64,000 nt of DNA from Oscillospiraceae bacterium. Its GTDB lineage: Bacteria; Bacillota; Clostridia; Oscillospirales; Ruminococcaceae. Shown piece after piece: positions 17,627-27,205 of the stretch. Numbering within the stretch: the first letter of the stretch is position 1; each line of letters begins with the position of its first letter. Under the pieces are notes generated by a model. It was given only the letters and a program-made list of their open reading frames with translations. It was not told where the DNA came from and searched no databases. The stretch is taken from positions 16,497-80,496 of the forward strand of contig JAKSPK010000003.1 in assembly GCA_024404875.1 (NCBI GenBank), written 5' to 3'. The translations under genes were made by a program, and so were the position numbers.

Positions 17627-18853
17627 TCACCCCGTATATGCAGCAAGCAGATGCGCCGGCAGAGAGGCACGCATGAACTTGCTTTCAGACATTATTTTTC
17701 GCGCAGCGGCGAGATTCTCCGGCAGTGAGGCATATTGCGCAGCAATTTCTGCGGGCGCATCGAGCAGATTGACATTGCAGGAGGGCGGAGGTGTCAGGCC
17801 GCTAAGAATGCCGTCAAGACCTGCCCGCATAACCAGCGCGAATGCAAGATACGGATTGCAGGAAGCATCCGGTGAGCGCAGCTCCATGCGCTGATGCGAA
17901 GCATCTGCCGCCGGGATGCGGATGAGCTGCGAGCGGTTGCTCGGCGACCAGGAAACACGGTTCGGCGCTTTTTTCCTGCCCAGCCGCTCATAGGAACTGT
18001 CCAGCGGATTCAGTACCGCTGTCATCTCCGAAGTATGTGCAAGAATGCCCGCCATGAACGACTGAAACAACGACTCATTTACATCTGCACGAATGTCAGC
18101 TTTTGTGATCGAGCAGTTGATATGGAATCCGCTTCCGGCTTCATCCGCGATCGGCTTCGGCGCAAATGATGCCCAGAGCCCGTTCCGCGCAGCCACCGTG
18201 CTGACGACCTGCTTGAAGGTCACGACATGATCCGCTGCACTGAGCGCACTGCTGTACCGGAAATCAATTTCATTCTGACCGGGTCCCTGCTCATGATGCG
18301 AGCGCTCCGGCTGAATTCCCATAGTCTCAAGCGTCTGACAGATCTCTCTGCGGACATTCTCGCCGCCGTCTGCCGGCGCGATATCAAAATATCCGCCGCG
18401 GTCAAGCGGGATATTCGTCGGCTCGCCATGCTCGCTGAGCTTAAACAGATAGAATTCGCATTCCGCTCCGATATCACAGCGAAGACCATGCTCCGCGAAG
18501 AGCTGTTCGGTATCGGCGAGATAGCGGCGGCAGTCCGCAGAAAAAGGTGTGCCGTCCGGATTGCGGATTTCACAGAAAAAACGCGCAACGCCGCCGCGGG
18601 AAGGTCTCCACGGCAGCAGAGTCAGCGTTGTCGGATCAGGAAACAGAAACAGGTCGGATTGTGAAGCATCACGGAAGCCGTCGATCGAAGACGCATCGAA
18701 CGCAATGCCCTGTGTAAAGGCGCGTTCAAGCTCCGATGCCTGCACCGAAATATTCTTCTGCACACCGAATACATCGCAGAATGCCAGCCGCACAAATTTG
18801 ATATCACTGCTTTCGATCAGCTCTGCGGCTTCGCGCTGCGAAACACTCAACAT
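17627..18853 (-). CDS. glnA: Glutamine synthetase (type I family)
   Basis: About 408 aa with the GS beta-grasp and catalytic domains (KFVRLAFCDVFG..., NEIDFRY, GSGFHIN). The ATG at 18853 follows SD AGGTGGTG; the track start (GTG at 18865) lies inside the SD. Confidence 0.88.
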   Translation of the reverse strand: MLSVSQREAAELIESSDIKFVRLAFCDVFGVQKNISVQASELERAFTQGIAFDASSIDGFRDASQSDLFLFPDPTTLTLLPWRPSRGGVARFFCEIRNPDGTPFSADCRRYLADTEQLFAEHGLRCDIGAECEFYLFKLSEHGEPTNIPLDRGGYFDIAPADGGENVRREICQTLETMGIQPERSHHEQGPGQNEIDFRYSSALSAADHVVTFKQVVSTVAARNGLWASFAPKPIADEAGSGFHINCSITKADIRADVNESLFQSFMAGILAHTSEMTAVLNPLDSSYERLGRKKAPNRVSWSPSNRSQLIRIPAADASHQRMELRSPDASCNPYLAFALVMRAGLDGILSGLTPPPSCNVNLLDAPAEIAAQYASLPENLAAARKIMSESKFMRASLPAHLLAAYTG

Positions 18854-18890
18854 AATCAACACCACCTATGATTGAAAGATTCATCATTTT

Positions 18891-18920
18891 ATTATACCAT
18901 ATCCGGCGAATACTTGTCAA
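18891..18920 (-). promoter_or_regulatory. Sigma-A-type promoter TTGACA-18-TATAAT for glnA
   Basis: The minus strand reads TTGACAagtattcgccggatatggTATAAT. The -35 box contains the purF stop codon. Confidence 0.55.
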
Positions 18921-20335
18921 CCATGAATTTTCCGCTCAAAGCGGTCTTTGCATTCATCCTGCTCAACAGCCGTCGGGTAATCGCCGGTAAAGCAGGCAGT
19001 ACAGATCCCGTCTGAACCCGCAAGCGCCGGCAGCGCTTCCTGCGGCAGAAATCCAAGCGAATCCGCACCAATAATCTCCGCGATCTCCTGGACGGTATGA
19101 TGATTGGCGATCAGATTTTCTTCGGAATCAATATCCGTGCCGTAATAACAGGGATGCAGGAACGGCGGCGCAGAGATGCGCATATGGATCTCGCTTGCGC
19201 CGGCTTGACGCAGCAGATTGACAATGCGGCGGCTGGTCGTGCCGCGCACGATAGAATCATCGATCAGCACAAGGCGTTTTCCCGCGACTGTCTCACAGAT
19301 CGCGCTCAGCTTGAGCTGCACGCCGCTGTCACGCTCAGACTGCGACGGTGCGATGAATGTCCGCCCGATGTATTTGTTTTTGATCAGGCCAATGCCATAG
19401 GGAATGCCGGATGCCTCCGCGAATCCGAGTGCGGCATCCAATCCCGAATCCGGCACACCAATTACAACATCCGCTTCCGCCGGATGTGCAGCAGCGAGCA
19501 GTGCGCCCGCCTTTTTCCGTGCCGCATGAACGGAAACGCCGTCCAGGACAGAATCCGGACGCGCAAAATAAATATACTCAAAAATACAGGCGCGCTTCGG
19601 TGCGGTGCCGCAATATCTGCGGTCGGACTGCATCTTGCCGTCCGGTGTCAGCACGATCATCTCGCCAGGTTCGAGATCACGCAGGAATTCCGCTCCGACC
19701 GCTGAAAGTGCACAGCTCTCTGATGCTATCACATAGCCGCCGCGCGGCAGTCTGCCGATGCAGAGCGGCCGGAATCCGTGCGGATCACGGACGGCGATCA
19801 GCTTCTGCGCGGACATGATAATCAGCGAAAATGCACCCTCCAACTGCGGAACGGCAAGCCGAACAGCATCCTCGATCGAAACGGTTTGCAGCCGCGCCTG
19901 CGTAATGAGATACGCAATGATCTCGGTATCGCTCGTCGTATGGAAGATTGCGCCGCGTTGTTCGAGAACGCTGCGCAGTCTGCCGGCATTGCTGAGATTG
20001 CCGTTGTGGACGAGCGCCATTTTTCCCTTCTGGTGATTGACCTCCATCGGCTGACAGTTTCTCCGCTGACTGCCGCCGGTCGTGCCGTATCGTGTGTGAC
20101 CGACCGCGATCCTGCCCTGCGGAAAGCTGCCGAGAATCTGAGGCGTAAACACATGATCAACGAGCCCGAGATCCTTGTGCGTTGTGAATACGCCGTCATC
20201 ATTGACGGAGATTCCCGCACCCTCCTGCCCGCGATGCTGCAATGCAAACAGGCCGCAGTATGTGAGATGTGCGAGATTTTCCGGCTGCGGTGTCAGGATA
20301 CCAAATACACCGCATTCCTCGTGTAATGAACCCAT
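18917..20335 (-). CDS. purF: Amidophosphoribosyltransferase
   Basis: 472 aa. It has the Ntn amidotransferase N-terminus MGSLHEECGVFGI and a PRPP-binding loop VLIDDSIVRGTT. Confidence 0.93.
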   Translation of the reverse strand: MGSLHEECGVFGILTPQPENLAHLTYCGLFALQHRGQEGAGISVNDDGVFTTHKDLGLVDHVFTPQILGSFPQGRIAVGHTRYGTTGGSQRRNCQPMEVNHQKGKMALVHNGNLSNAGRLRSVLEQRGAIFHTTSDTEIIAYLITQARLQTVSIEDAVRLAVPQLEGAFSLIIMSAQKLIAVRDPHGFRPLCIGRLPRGGYVIASESCALSAVGAEFLRDLEPGEMIVLTPDGKMQSDRRYCGTAPKRACIFEYIYFARPDSVLDGVSVHAARKKAGALLAAAHPAEADVVIGVPDSGLDAALGFAEASGIPYGIGLIKNKYIGRTFIAPSQSERDSGVQLKLSAICETVAGKRLVLIDDSIVRGTTSRRIVNLLRQAGASEIHMRISAPPFLHPCYYGTDIDSEENLIANHHTVQEIAEIIGADSLGFLPQEALPALAGSDGICTACFTGDYPTAVEQDECKDRFERKIHG

Positions 20336-20338
20336 ATT

Positions 20339-21937
20339 TCACGCTCCCAGCGCTGCTTCGACAAGTCCGGCAAACAGCGGATGCGGCTTGTTCGGACGGC
20401 TTTTGAATTCCGGATGATACTGTACGCCGACATAGAACGGCAACTCCGTCAGTTCGACGGTTTCAACAAGATTGCCGTCCGGCGAGGTACCGCTGATGCA
20501 CAGCCCGGCATCGGTCAGCACATCACGGAACACATTGCTGAATTCATAGCGGTGACGGTGACGTTCTGCAATATGCGGCTGGCTGTAGCAGCGCATCATT
20601 GTCGTATTCGGCGCAATCACGCAGGGATAACTGCCGAGACGAAGCGTACCGCCCTTGTCGATGCTGTCCGACTGTCCGTCCATGAAATCAATGACCTTAT
20701 GCGCACAGTCCGGCGCAAATTCTCCGGAATGTGCATCGGTCAGACCGGCAATATGCCGCGCAAATTCGATAACCGCAATCTGCATTCCGAGACAGATGCC
20801 GAGAAACGGCTTTTTTGCTGTACGCGCATATTCCGCCGCCGCAATCATGCCCTCAATGCCGCGTTGACCAAATCCGCCGGGGATCAGGATGCCGTCGGCA
20901 TTTCTAAGGATTTCTGCAGCGTTCTCACGCGTGATCTGTTCGGAGTCAATCCAGTCAATCTGCACATTCGCACCGAGATGATAACCCGCATGACGCAGCG
21001 CCTCCGCAACTGATAAATATGCATCATGCAGCTGCACATATTTGCCGACCAGCGCAATCGTGACGCTTCTCTGAGGGAACCGGATGCGATCACAGAGTGC
21101 TTCCCATTCTCTCAGATCGGGCGGCGGTGTCTGCAAATTGAGCTCTCGGCAGACGATCTCTGAAAGATGTGCTTTTTCAAGCATCAGCGGTGCTTCATAA
21201 AGACTTTGAAGCGTGAGATTTTCGATCACGCAATCCGGCTTGACATTGCAGAAATGCGCAATCTTTGTGAAAATGCCGCGGTCAGTGATCGGTTCATCTG
21301 CGCGCAGAACGATCATATCCGGTGAGATGCCGAAGCCCTGCAACTCCTTGACAGAATGCTGCGTCGGCTTGGATTTATGCTCGCCGGAGGCTTTGAGATA
21401 CGGCACCAGTGTCACATGGATATAGAGCGTATTCTCACGCCCGACCTCGTGGCCGAGCTGCCGGATCGCTTCGAGAAAGGGCTGGCTTTCAATATCGCCG
21501 GTCGTGCCGCCGATCTCCGTGATAACGACATCCGCGTTGCCCTTTTCACCGACGCTGTAGATGAAATGCTTGATTTCGTCGGTGATATGCGGGATGATCT
21601 GCACGGTGCGTCCGAGATATTCGCCATGCCGCTCCTTATGCAGCACATTCGCATAAACCTTGCCGGTTGTGAGATTGGAGAAACGGTTTAAATCCTCGTC
21701 GATGAAGCGCTCATAGTGGCCAAGGTCAAGATCGGTCTCGGCGCCGTCTTCGGTAACATAAACCTCACCATGCTGATAGGGACTCATCGTGCCGGGATCG
21801 ACATTGATATACGGATCGAGCTTCTGCGCTGCGACCTTAAGCCCGCGAGATTTGAGCAGCCGTCCGAGTGATGCCGCTGTGATGCCCTTGCCGAGTCCTG
21901 ATACAACGCCGCCCGTGACAAATATATATTTCGTCAT
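20339..21937 (-). CDS. pyrG: CTP synthase
   Basis: [18 protein letters not shown] and the triad motif GICLGMQ. The start was chosen at the ATG 6 nt after GAGGTG; the upstream stop TGA is inside the SD. Confidence 0.93.
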   Translation of the reverse strand: MTKYIFVTGGVVSGLGKGITAASLGRLLKSRGLKVAAQKLDPYINVDPGTMSPYQHGEVYVTEDGAETDLDLGHYERFIDEDLNRFSNLTTGKVYANVLHKERHGEYLGRTVQIIPHITDEIKHFIYSVGEKGNADVVITEIGGTTGDIESQPFLEAIRQLGHEVGRENTLYIHVTLVPYLKASGEHKSKPTQHSVKELQGFGISPDMIVLRADEPITDRGIFTKIAHFCNVKPDCVIENLTLQSLYEAPLMLEKAHLSEIVCRELNLQTPPPDLREWEALCDRIRFPQRSVTIALVGKYVQLHDAYLSVAEALRHAGYHLGANVQIDWIDSEQITRENAAEILRNADGILIPGGFGQRGIEGMIAAAEYARTAKKPFLGICLGMQIAVIEFARHIAGLTDAHSGEFAPDCAHKVIDFMDGQSDSIDKGGTLRLGSYPCVIAPNTTMMRCYSQPHIAERHRHRYEFSNVFRDVLTDAGLCISGTSPDGNLVETVELTELPFYVGVQYHPEFKSRPNKPHPLFAGLVEAALGA

Positions 21938-21947
21938 CATGCACACC

Positions 21948-22670
21948 TCAGTTTGCTACATACATCTGCTTGTAGGGATTTCCGCTGTCCGGTGTGACCA
22001 GCGTAAACTGCGCATTCAGGATTTCATCGGCACTGCCGCCGAAATGCGCGCAGTATTCCTCCACATAGCCGCGGATCTCCGCCAGCTCCTCCGCTGATGC
22101 GATGCGGTGATGCACCTGATGCGGAAAATGGATGTCGCTGCATTCCGAGCGCAGAAACAGCTTTCCGCCGTGCATTCCGGTGCAGGGGAAATTACTGACG
22201 ATCGGGCGCTCGCCGCCGGAAAGTCCCAGCACGATGATGATGCCGCCCGCCTGATATTCACCGAGGAAGCTGCCGGTTCTGCCGCCGATCACCATGACCG
22301 GTACCTTGTCTTGATAGGCCTTCATATGAATGCCGGCGCGGTAACCTGCGTTGCCCTGCACGAAGATCCTTCCGCCGCGCATCGCATAACCAGCCGCATC
22401 GCCGATATTACCGTGAACGATGATTTCTCCGTCGTTCATCGTATCACCGACCGCATCCTGTGCATTGCCGAAGGTCTCGATGACTGAGCCGTTGAGATAA
22501 GCACCGAGCGCATTGCCTGCGATTCCGTTGATCTTCACATATTTACCGGTGGTGCCGGCTGCGAGGAAACGTTGTCCGATGCAGCCGGTAAGCGTAATCT
22601 CACTGTCGGCTGTCTGCCGCATCTGTTCATTGACCTCAGAAAAACCCATTTGTGATACATTCAGTTCCAT
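21948..22670 (-). CDS. Glutamate synthase GXGXG (GltB C-terminal-like) domain protein
   Basis: 240 aa with repeated G-x-G-x-G beta-helix motifs ([22 protein letters not shown]). Its ATG directly abuts the upstream stop. Confidence 0.8.
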   Translation of the reverse strand: MELNVSQMGFSEVNEQMRQTADSEITLTGCIGQRFLAAGTTGKYVKINGIAGNALGAYLNGSVIETFGNAQDAVGDTMNDGEIIVHGNIGDAAGYAMRGGRIFVQGNAGYRAGIHMKAYQDKVPVMVIGGRTGSFLGEYQAGGIIIVLGLSGGERPIVSNFPCTGMHGGKLFLRSECSDIHFPHQVHHRIASAEELAEIRGYVEEYCAHFGGSADEILNAQFTLVTPDSGNPYKQMYVAN

Positions 22671-23909
22671 TCAGACAACTCCCTTCAGCACTTTATTCCG
22701 GTAAGCCTCGCCCATTGCAGCAAGCTGCGGCTCAATCTTCAGTCGCGCAAAATCGACCTCGGAAAGCGGCGTCCGATTCCGGATCAGCGCAGTATAAATG
22801 CCTGTCCGGTGCATATGTCCGAGCAGCATAAAGCCGGTCAGTCTGTCATCCTTCACAAAGAGCCGCTTAATATGAGAATCGTCTGATTCCTCATACATTT
22901 CGCAGCCCTCCGGCTGGGAACCTGCGGTATGACAGTGCAGTCCGAAAAAGCCGATCGAGTTCATCGGGATCGCATTGTCAAACAATACCGCGCCGCCTGC
23001 CATATTGATTCCCGCAGTACGCCCCTGCATATAGGCATTCGGCATCAGCGCCATGACCTTGACTGAATTGGATGAAATATCGTGATACTCGGTGCAGTCG
23101 CCCGCCGCATACACATCCGGCAAGCTTGTTCTGCACACATCATCGACGAGAATGCCGCGGCTGACATTGCCGCCTGCATTCCTGACAATCGCTGTATTCG
23201 CACGGACGCCGACAGCCAGCACCAGCACATCAAACTCCACGGTCTCACCGCTTTGCATGACAGCGCTGTTTCCAATAAATTCCTTTGCACTTGTGCCAAG
23301 CAGGAAGCGAATGCCGTTCGCTTCGAGATGCTTTTGCATCATCGCGGCACATTTATCATCGAGGATTGAGGACAGCACACGCGGCGCAAGGTCGCAGACC
23401 GTGATCTGCTGTGCACGCCCATGCAGTCCCTCGGCACATTTCAGGCCAATCAGGCCGGCGCCGATGATGAGCACGCGGCTCTCCGGTGTGACTGCTTTTT
23501 CGAGGGCAAGCGTATCGTCGATCGTCATGAACGGGAACTTATTCTGTACGGTATCAAGCCCCTGCATCGGCGGGATAAACGGCGCAGAACCCGTGCAGAC
23601 GCAGAGTGCGTCATACGGCACCGTTTCGCCGTTATCCAGACTGATTTCTTTCTCATCTGTGTTGATCGCAAGAGCGGATACTCCGTATCTGACATCAGCA
23701 TGGTTGTCCGTATAGAACGAATCCGCACGGTAATTCATGCGCTTCAGATCGGTTTTCTTCTCAAGATAATAGGAGATCAGCGGGCGACAGTAGACCGGAT
23801 ATTTCTCAGCAGAGATCACCGTAATGCTGCCCTCTGCATCGGTGGAACGGATGCCTTCGATGCAGCCTGCCGCTGCAGTGCCGTTTCCGATGATTACATA
23901 TTTTTTCAC
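22671..23909 (-). CDS. FAD/NAD(P)-dependent pyridine nucleotide-disulfide oxidoreductase (putative electron-input subunit of the split glutamate synthase)
   Basis: 412 aa. It has the dinucleotide motifs VIIGNGTAAAG and VLIIGAGLIGLK, a GTG start and SD GAGAGGTGA. Confidence 0.75.
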   Translation of the reverse strand: MKKYVIIGNGTAAAGCIEGIRSTDAEGSITVISAEKYPVYCRPLISYYLEKKTDLKRMNYRADSFYTDNHADVRYGVSALAINTDEKEISLDNGETVPYDALCVCTGSAPFIPPMQGLDTVQNKFPFMTIDDTLALEKAVTPESRVLIIGAGLIGLKCAEGLHGRAQQITVCDLAPRVLSSILDDKCAAMMQKHLEANGIRFLLGTSAKEFIGNSAVMQSGETVEFDVLVLAVGVRANTAIVRNAGGNVSRGILVDDVCRTSLPDVYAAGDCTEYHDISSNSVKVMALMPNAYMQGRTAGINMAGGAVLFDNAIPMNSIGFFGLHCHTAGSQPEGCEMYEESDDSHIKRLFVKDDRLTGFMLLGHMHRTGIYTALIRNRTPLSEVDFARLKIEPQLAAMGEAYRNKVLKGVV

Positions 23910-23915
23910 AGTCCG

Positions 23916-24347
23916 TCACCTCTCTTCGTAAACGATCGCGTTGTTCGGACACCCCTTGACACAGGCCGGTGCGCCGCATGAATTCTTCATGCAAAGCTCA
24001 CATTTCTGCGCAACACCGCTGCCGTCCTCGATGACAGCGCCGTAGGGACAGACCAGCACGCAGGTCAGGCAGCCGACGCATTTTTCATGATCAATCTCAA
24101 TAACGCCGTCCTTTTTGGAGAGTGCGCCTGCAATACAGCTTTTCACACAGATCGGATCGTTGCAGTGCCGGCAGGAAACCGCAAAGGTCACGCCGTTCGC
24201 CTCGGTCTCAACCTGAATGCGCGGATAGATCTGCTTACCGCGCAGCGCCTTGGCCATATCCGTCATGCCGGAATTTGCAAATGCACAGTTATATTCACAC
24301 AGACGGCACCCGAGGCACCACTGTTCTTTCACATAGATTCGTTTCAT
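23916..24347 (-). CDS. 4Fe-4S dicluster ferredoxin-like protein
   Basis: 143 aa with several CxxCxxCxxxC(P) motifs (CLGCRLCEYNC, CVGCLTCVLVCP). Confidence 0.8.
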   Translation of the reverse strand: MKRIYVKEQWCLGCRLCEYNCAFANSGMTDMAKALRGKQIYPRIQVETEANGVTFAVSCRHCNDPICVKSCIAGALSKKDGVIEIDHEKCVGCLTCVLVCPYGAVIEDGSGVAQKCELCMKNSCGAPACVKGCPNNAIVYEER

Positions 24348-24363
24348 ACTTCACGCCCCCGCT

Positions 24364-25860
24364 TTATTCGCCTGCATGAGAGATGCCGAGAATTTCAAGC
24401 TCCTTTTCGGTCAGTCCGACACCGCGGAGCATCAGACGGTTTCCGCGCAGCGCTTCGATCGAATTGATGCCCATGCCGCCCATCAGCTCCTTGATCTCAT
24501 GCCGCCATGCGTCCATGAGATTGATGAGACGCTGCGAGCCGATATCCGGATTCAGGCGCTTGACCAGATCGGGGCGCTGTGTCGCAATGCCCCAGTTGCA
24601 TTTTCCGGTGTGGCAGCTCCGGCAGAGATGACATCCCATTGCGAGACAGGCCGCTGTCGCGATATAGCAGGCATCTGCGCCGAGCGCGATCGCCTTGACC
24701 ACATCTGCCGCAGAGCGTACAGATCCGCCGCAGACAATCGAAACATTGTTGCGGATGCCCTCATCGCGCAGCCGCTTATCGACGGCCGCAAGTGCCAGTT
24801 CAATCGGGATGCCGACATTGTCGCGGATGCGTGTCGGAGCCGCACCGGTTCCGCCGCGGAAGCCGTCGATCGCGATAATATCCGCGCCGGAGCGCGCAAT
24901 GCCGCTTGCGATCGCCGCAATGTTATGCACCGCTGCGACCTTGACAATGACCGGCAGACGGTATTCAGTCGCCTCCTTCAGCGAGAAGACAAGCTGACGC
25001 AAATCCTCGATACTGTAGATATCGTGATGCGGCGCAGGAGAGATCGCATCGCTTCCCTCCGGAATCATTCGTGTCTTGGAGACATCGCCGACAGCCTTTG
25101 TACCGGGCAGATGTCCGCCGATACCGGGCTTTGCGCCCTGTCCCATTTTGATCTCGATCGCGGCACCCGCTTCAAGATAATCCTTGTGTACGCCGAATCG
25201 GCCGGATGCGACCTGCACGATCGTATTTTTGCCATATTGGTAGAAATCCTCATGCAGACCGCCCTCGCCAGTGTTATAATAAATGCCGAGCGCTTCGGCA
25301 GCTCTCGCAAGGCTTGCATGGGCATTGTAGCTAATCGAGCCGTAGCTCATCGCAGAGAACATCACAGGCATGCTGAGCGTTAACTGCGGAGCAAGCTTGG
25401 TGTCAAGTATACCGTCCGGATTGCGCGTGATACGCTCCGGCTTTTTGCCGAGGAAAACACGCGTTTCCATCGGCTCACGCAGCGGGTCGATCGGCGGATT
25501 CGTGACCTGCGATGCGTTGATGAGGATTTTATCCCAGTAGACAGGCAGCGGATTTGGATTGCCCATAGACGAGAGCAGCACACCGCCGGTTTCGGCCTGC
25601 CGGTAGACCTCCTTGATCGTCTGATCGGAGTAATTGGCATTTTCGCGCAGGCGGCAGTCGCTCTTGACAATCTTGAGTGCCCTTGTCGGGCAGAGCGTCA
25701 CGCAGCGCTGGCAGTTGACGCATTTCGATTCATCGGCAAGCATGAACTTGCCGTCCTCATCATACCAATGCACCTCATTGGCGCATTGCCGTTCACATAC
25801 CTGACAGCGGATGCATCGGCTGTCATTACGCACGACCTCAAATTCCGGATAGAAATTCAA
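24364..25860 (-). CDS. Glutamate synthase FMN-binding/synthase domain protein with N-terminal 2x[4Fe-4S] module
   Basis: 498 aa with CIRCQVCERQC and CVNCQRCVTLCP, followed by the GltS central-domain signature (GEGG, QGAKPGIGGHLPG, IDGFRGGTGAAP). Its TTG start overlaps the upstream TGA (TTTTGA). Confidence 0.85.
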   Translation of the reverse strand: MNFYPEFEVVRNDSRCIRCQVCERQCANEVHWYDEDGKFMLADESKCVNCQRCVTLCPTRALKIVKSDCRLRENANYSDQTIKEVYRQAETGGVLLSSMGNPNPLPVYWDKILINASQVTNPPIDPLREPMETRVFLGKKPERITRNPDGILDTKLAPQLTLSMPVMFSAMSYGSISYNAHASLARAAEALGIYYNTGEGGLHEDFYQYGKNTIVQVASGRFGVHKDYLEAGAAIEIKMGQGAKPGIGGHLPGTKAVGDVSKTRMIPEGSDAISPAPHHDIYSIEDLRQLVFSLKEATEYRLPVIVKVAAVHNIAAIASGIARSGADIIAIDGFRGGTGAAPTRIRDNVGIPIELALAAVDKRLRDEGIRNNVSIVCGGSVRSAADVVKAIALGADACYIATAACLAMGCHLCRSCHTGKCNWGIATQRPDLVKRLNPDIGSQRLINLMDAWRHEIKELMGGMGINSIEALRGNRLMLRGVGLTEKELEILGISHAGE

Positions 25861-26951
25861 AACGCTCCCTCCTTTACCCGAACAATGACCGGCTCACCGC
25901 CGGCGGGCGACCAGATATTCTGAATATCCGGTGCCATCACGCGAATCGCGGCTTCCTCACTTGCGATATAGACCATATCGCCCTGCTCGCCGACAACCAT
26001 TGACCGCAGCTTCAGGCGATCGTTGAGCGCCATGAGTCCGCCCTCAAAGCCGAGGATGATCGAGAACGGCCCCGTGACCAGCATGCTCGGAAAGGCGTTC
26101 CGCAGATAGGTATAAATCTGCTTCTCTGCTTCGGGCATTTTGTCGATCGTTGACCAGAACGGTGCCGCGATGACCGCAGCCGTTTCTTCGAGCGTCAAGC
26201 CCTGCCGACGAAGCAGATAATCCGCGATATAGGCGATGACTTCGGTATCAGTCTGCAGAGTGCATTTGTAGCCGTACATCTCAATGAAGCGGCGGTTCGC
26301 GTCATAGGACGAGATCTCGCCGTTATGAACGATCGAATAATCGAGCATACAGAACGGATGCGCACCGCCCCACCAGCCCGGCGTATTCGTCGGATATCTG
26401 CCGTGCGCCGTCCAGCAGTAGGCCTCGTATTCTTCCAGCCGGTAATATCTGCCGACATCCTCCGGAAAACCGACAGCCTTGAACGCGCCCATATTCTTGC
26501 CGCAGGAGAAGACATAGCTGCCGTCCAGCTCTGCATTGATGCGGTTAACAACGCGCACCACAAGCTCCTTTTCGTCGATCTGCAAATGCCGCAGAACAGA
26601 CTGCATCGGCGAGACAAATACGCGCCGGATGATCGGCTCATCGGTGATCTGCGGAATTTTCCGCACCTTGATATGCTCGTCCTGCACGATCTCAAAGTAT
26701 TCGCGCAGCAGCGTCATGCATTCGCTCCGGCATTGCCGGTCATTGAAAAAAATATGCAGTGCATAGAAATCCTTGTATTCCGGGTAAATGCCGTATGCCG
26801 CAAAGCCGCCGCCGAGACCGTTTGAGCGGTCGTGCATCGGCACCATGCTCTGTATGACCGATTCACCGTTCATGCGTCTGCCGTCACGGGAGATCATCGC
26901 GGAAACAGCACATCCGGACGGGATGCGCACCTGGCCTTCCAGTGGGATCAT
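25857..26951 (-). CDS. Glutamate synthase class II glutamine amidotransferase domain protein
   Basis: The start was chosen at the ATG at 26951 (SD AAGGAGG 8 nt upstream), giving MIPLEGQVRIPSGCAVSAM... It contains HNGEISSY, typical of Ntn class II GATases. The track start at 26987 is rejected. Confidence 0.8.
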   Translation of the reverse strand: MIPLEGQVRIPSGCAVSAMISRDGRRMNGESVIQSMVPMHDRSNGLGGGFAAYGIYPEYKDFYALHIFFNDRQCRSECMTLLREYFEIVQDEHIKVRKIPQITDEPIIRRVFVSPMQSVLRHLQIDEKELVVRVVNRINAELDGSYVFSCGKNMGAFKAVGFPEDVGRYYRLEEYEAYCWTAHGRYPTNTPGWWGGAHPFCMLDYSIVHNGEISSYDANRRFIEMYGYKCTLQTDTEVIAYIADYLLRRQGLTLEETAAVIAAPFWSTIDKMPEAEKQIYTYLRNAFPSMLVTGPFSIILGFEGGLMALNDRLKLRSMVVGEQGDMVYIASEEAAIRVMAPDIQNIWSPAGGEPVIVRVKEGAF

Positions 26952-26971
26952 CTCAAATTCCTCCTTGCAAA

Positions 26972-27030
26972 CAAAAAAAGCGTCCATTCAGAGACACGAA
27001 TCCCGTGTATCCGAATGAACGCCTTTGTTC
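26972..27030 (-). promoter_or_regulatory. Leader attenuator of the glutamate synthase operon (terminator plus overlapping ANTAR-target-like hairpin)
   Basis: The terminator is GCGTTCATTC/GAATGGACGC plus T7. The alternative hairpin GAAC-AAAGGC-GTTC (27017-27030) sequesters the 5' terminator arm. An inner hairpin CACG-GGATT-CGTG is also present. Confidence 0.6.
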
Positions 27031-27044
27031 ATTTCATTGTCGAT

Positions 27045-27073
27045 ATTATAACACATTGTGAAAGTTCTGTCAA
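27045..27073 (-). promoter_or_regulatory. Sigma-A-type promoter TTGACA-17-TATAAT (TGn extended -10) for the glutamate synthase operon
   Basis: The minus strand reads TTGACAgaactttcacaatgtgtTATAAT. It shares the AATGTGTTAT -10 context with the glnN promoter. Confidence 0.65.
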
Positions 27074-27205
27074 TATTCGGCGGACAGTTTTCCGTATCAC
27101 AGACACAATTTCGGAGAAAACGCCGGAATCTTACGGAGCCAGCGAGAAGAAAACTGTGTGTTTCCACAATCCGCGCTTGCGTGACAATCAGAAACCGGCA
27201 GTCCA

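Noticed and set aside
24376-25383. 335-aa plus-strand ORF
   Set aside because: It is antisense to the glutamate synthase FMN-domain gene and is a shadow ORF.
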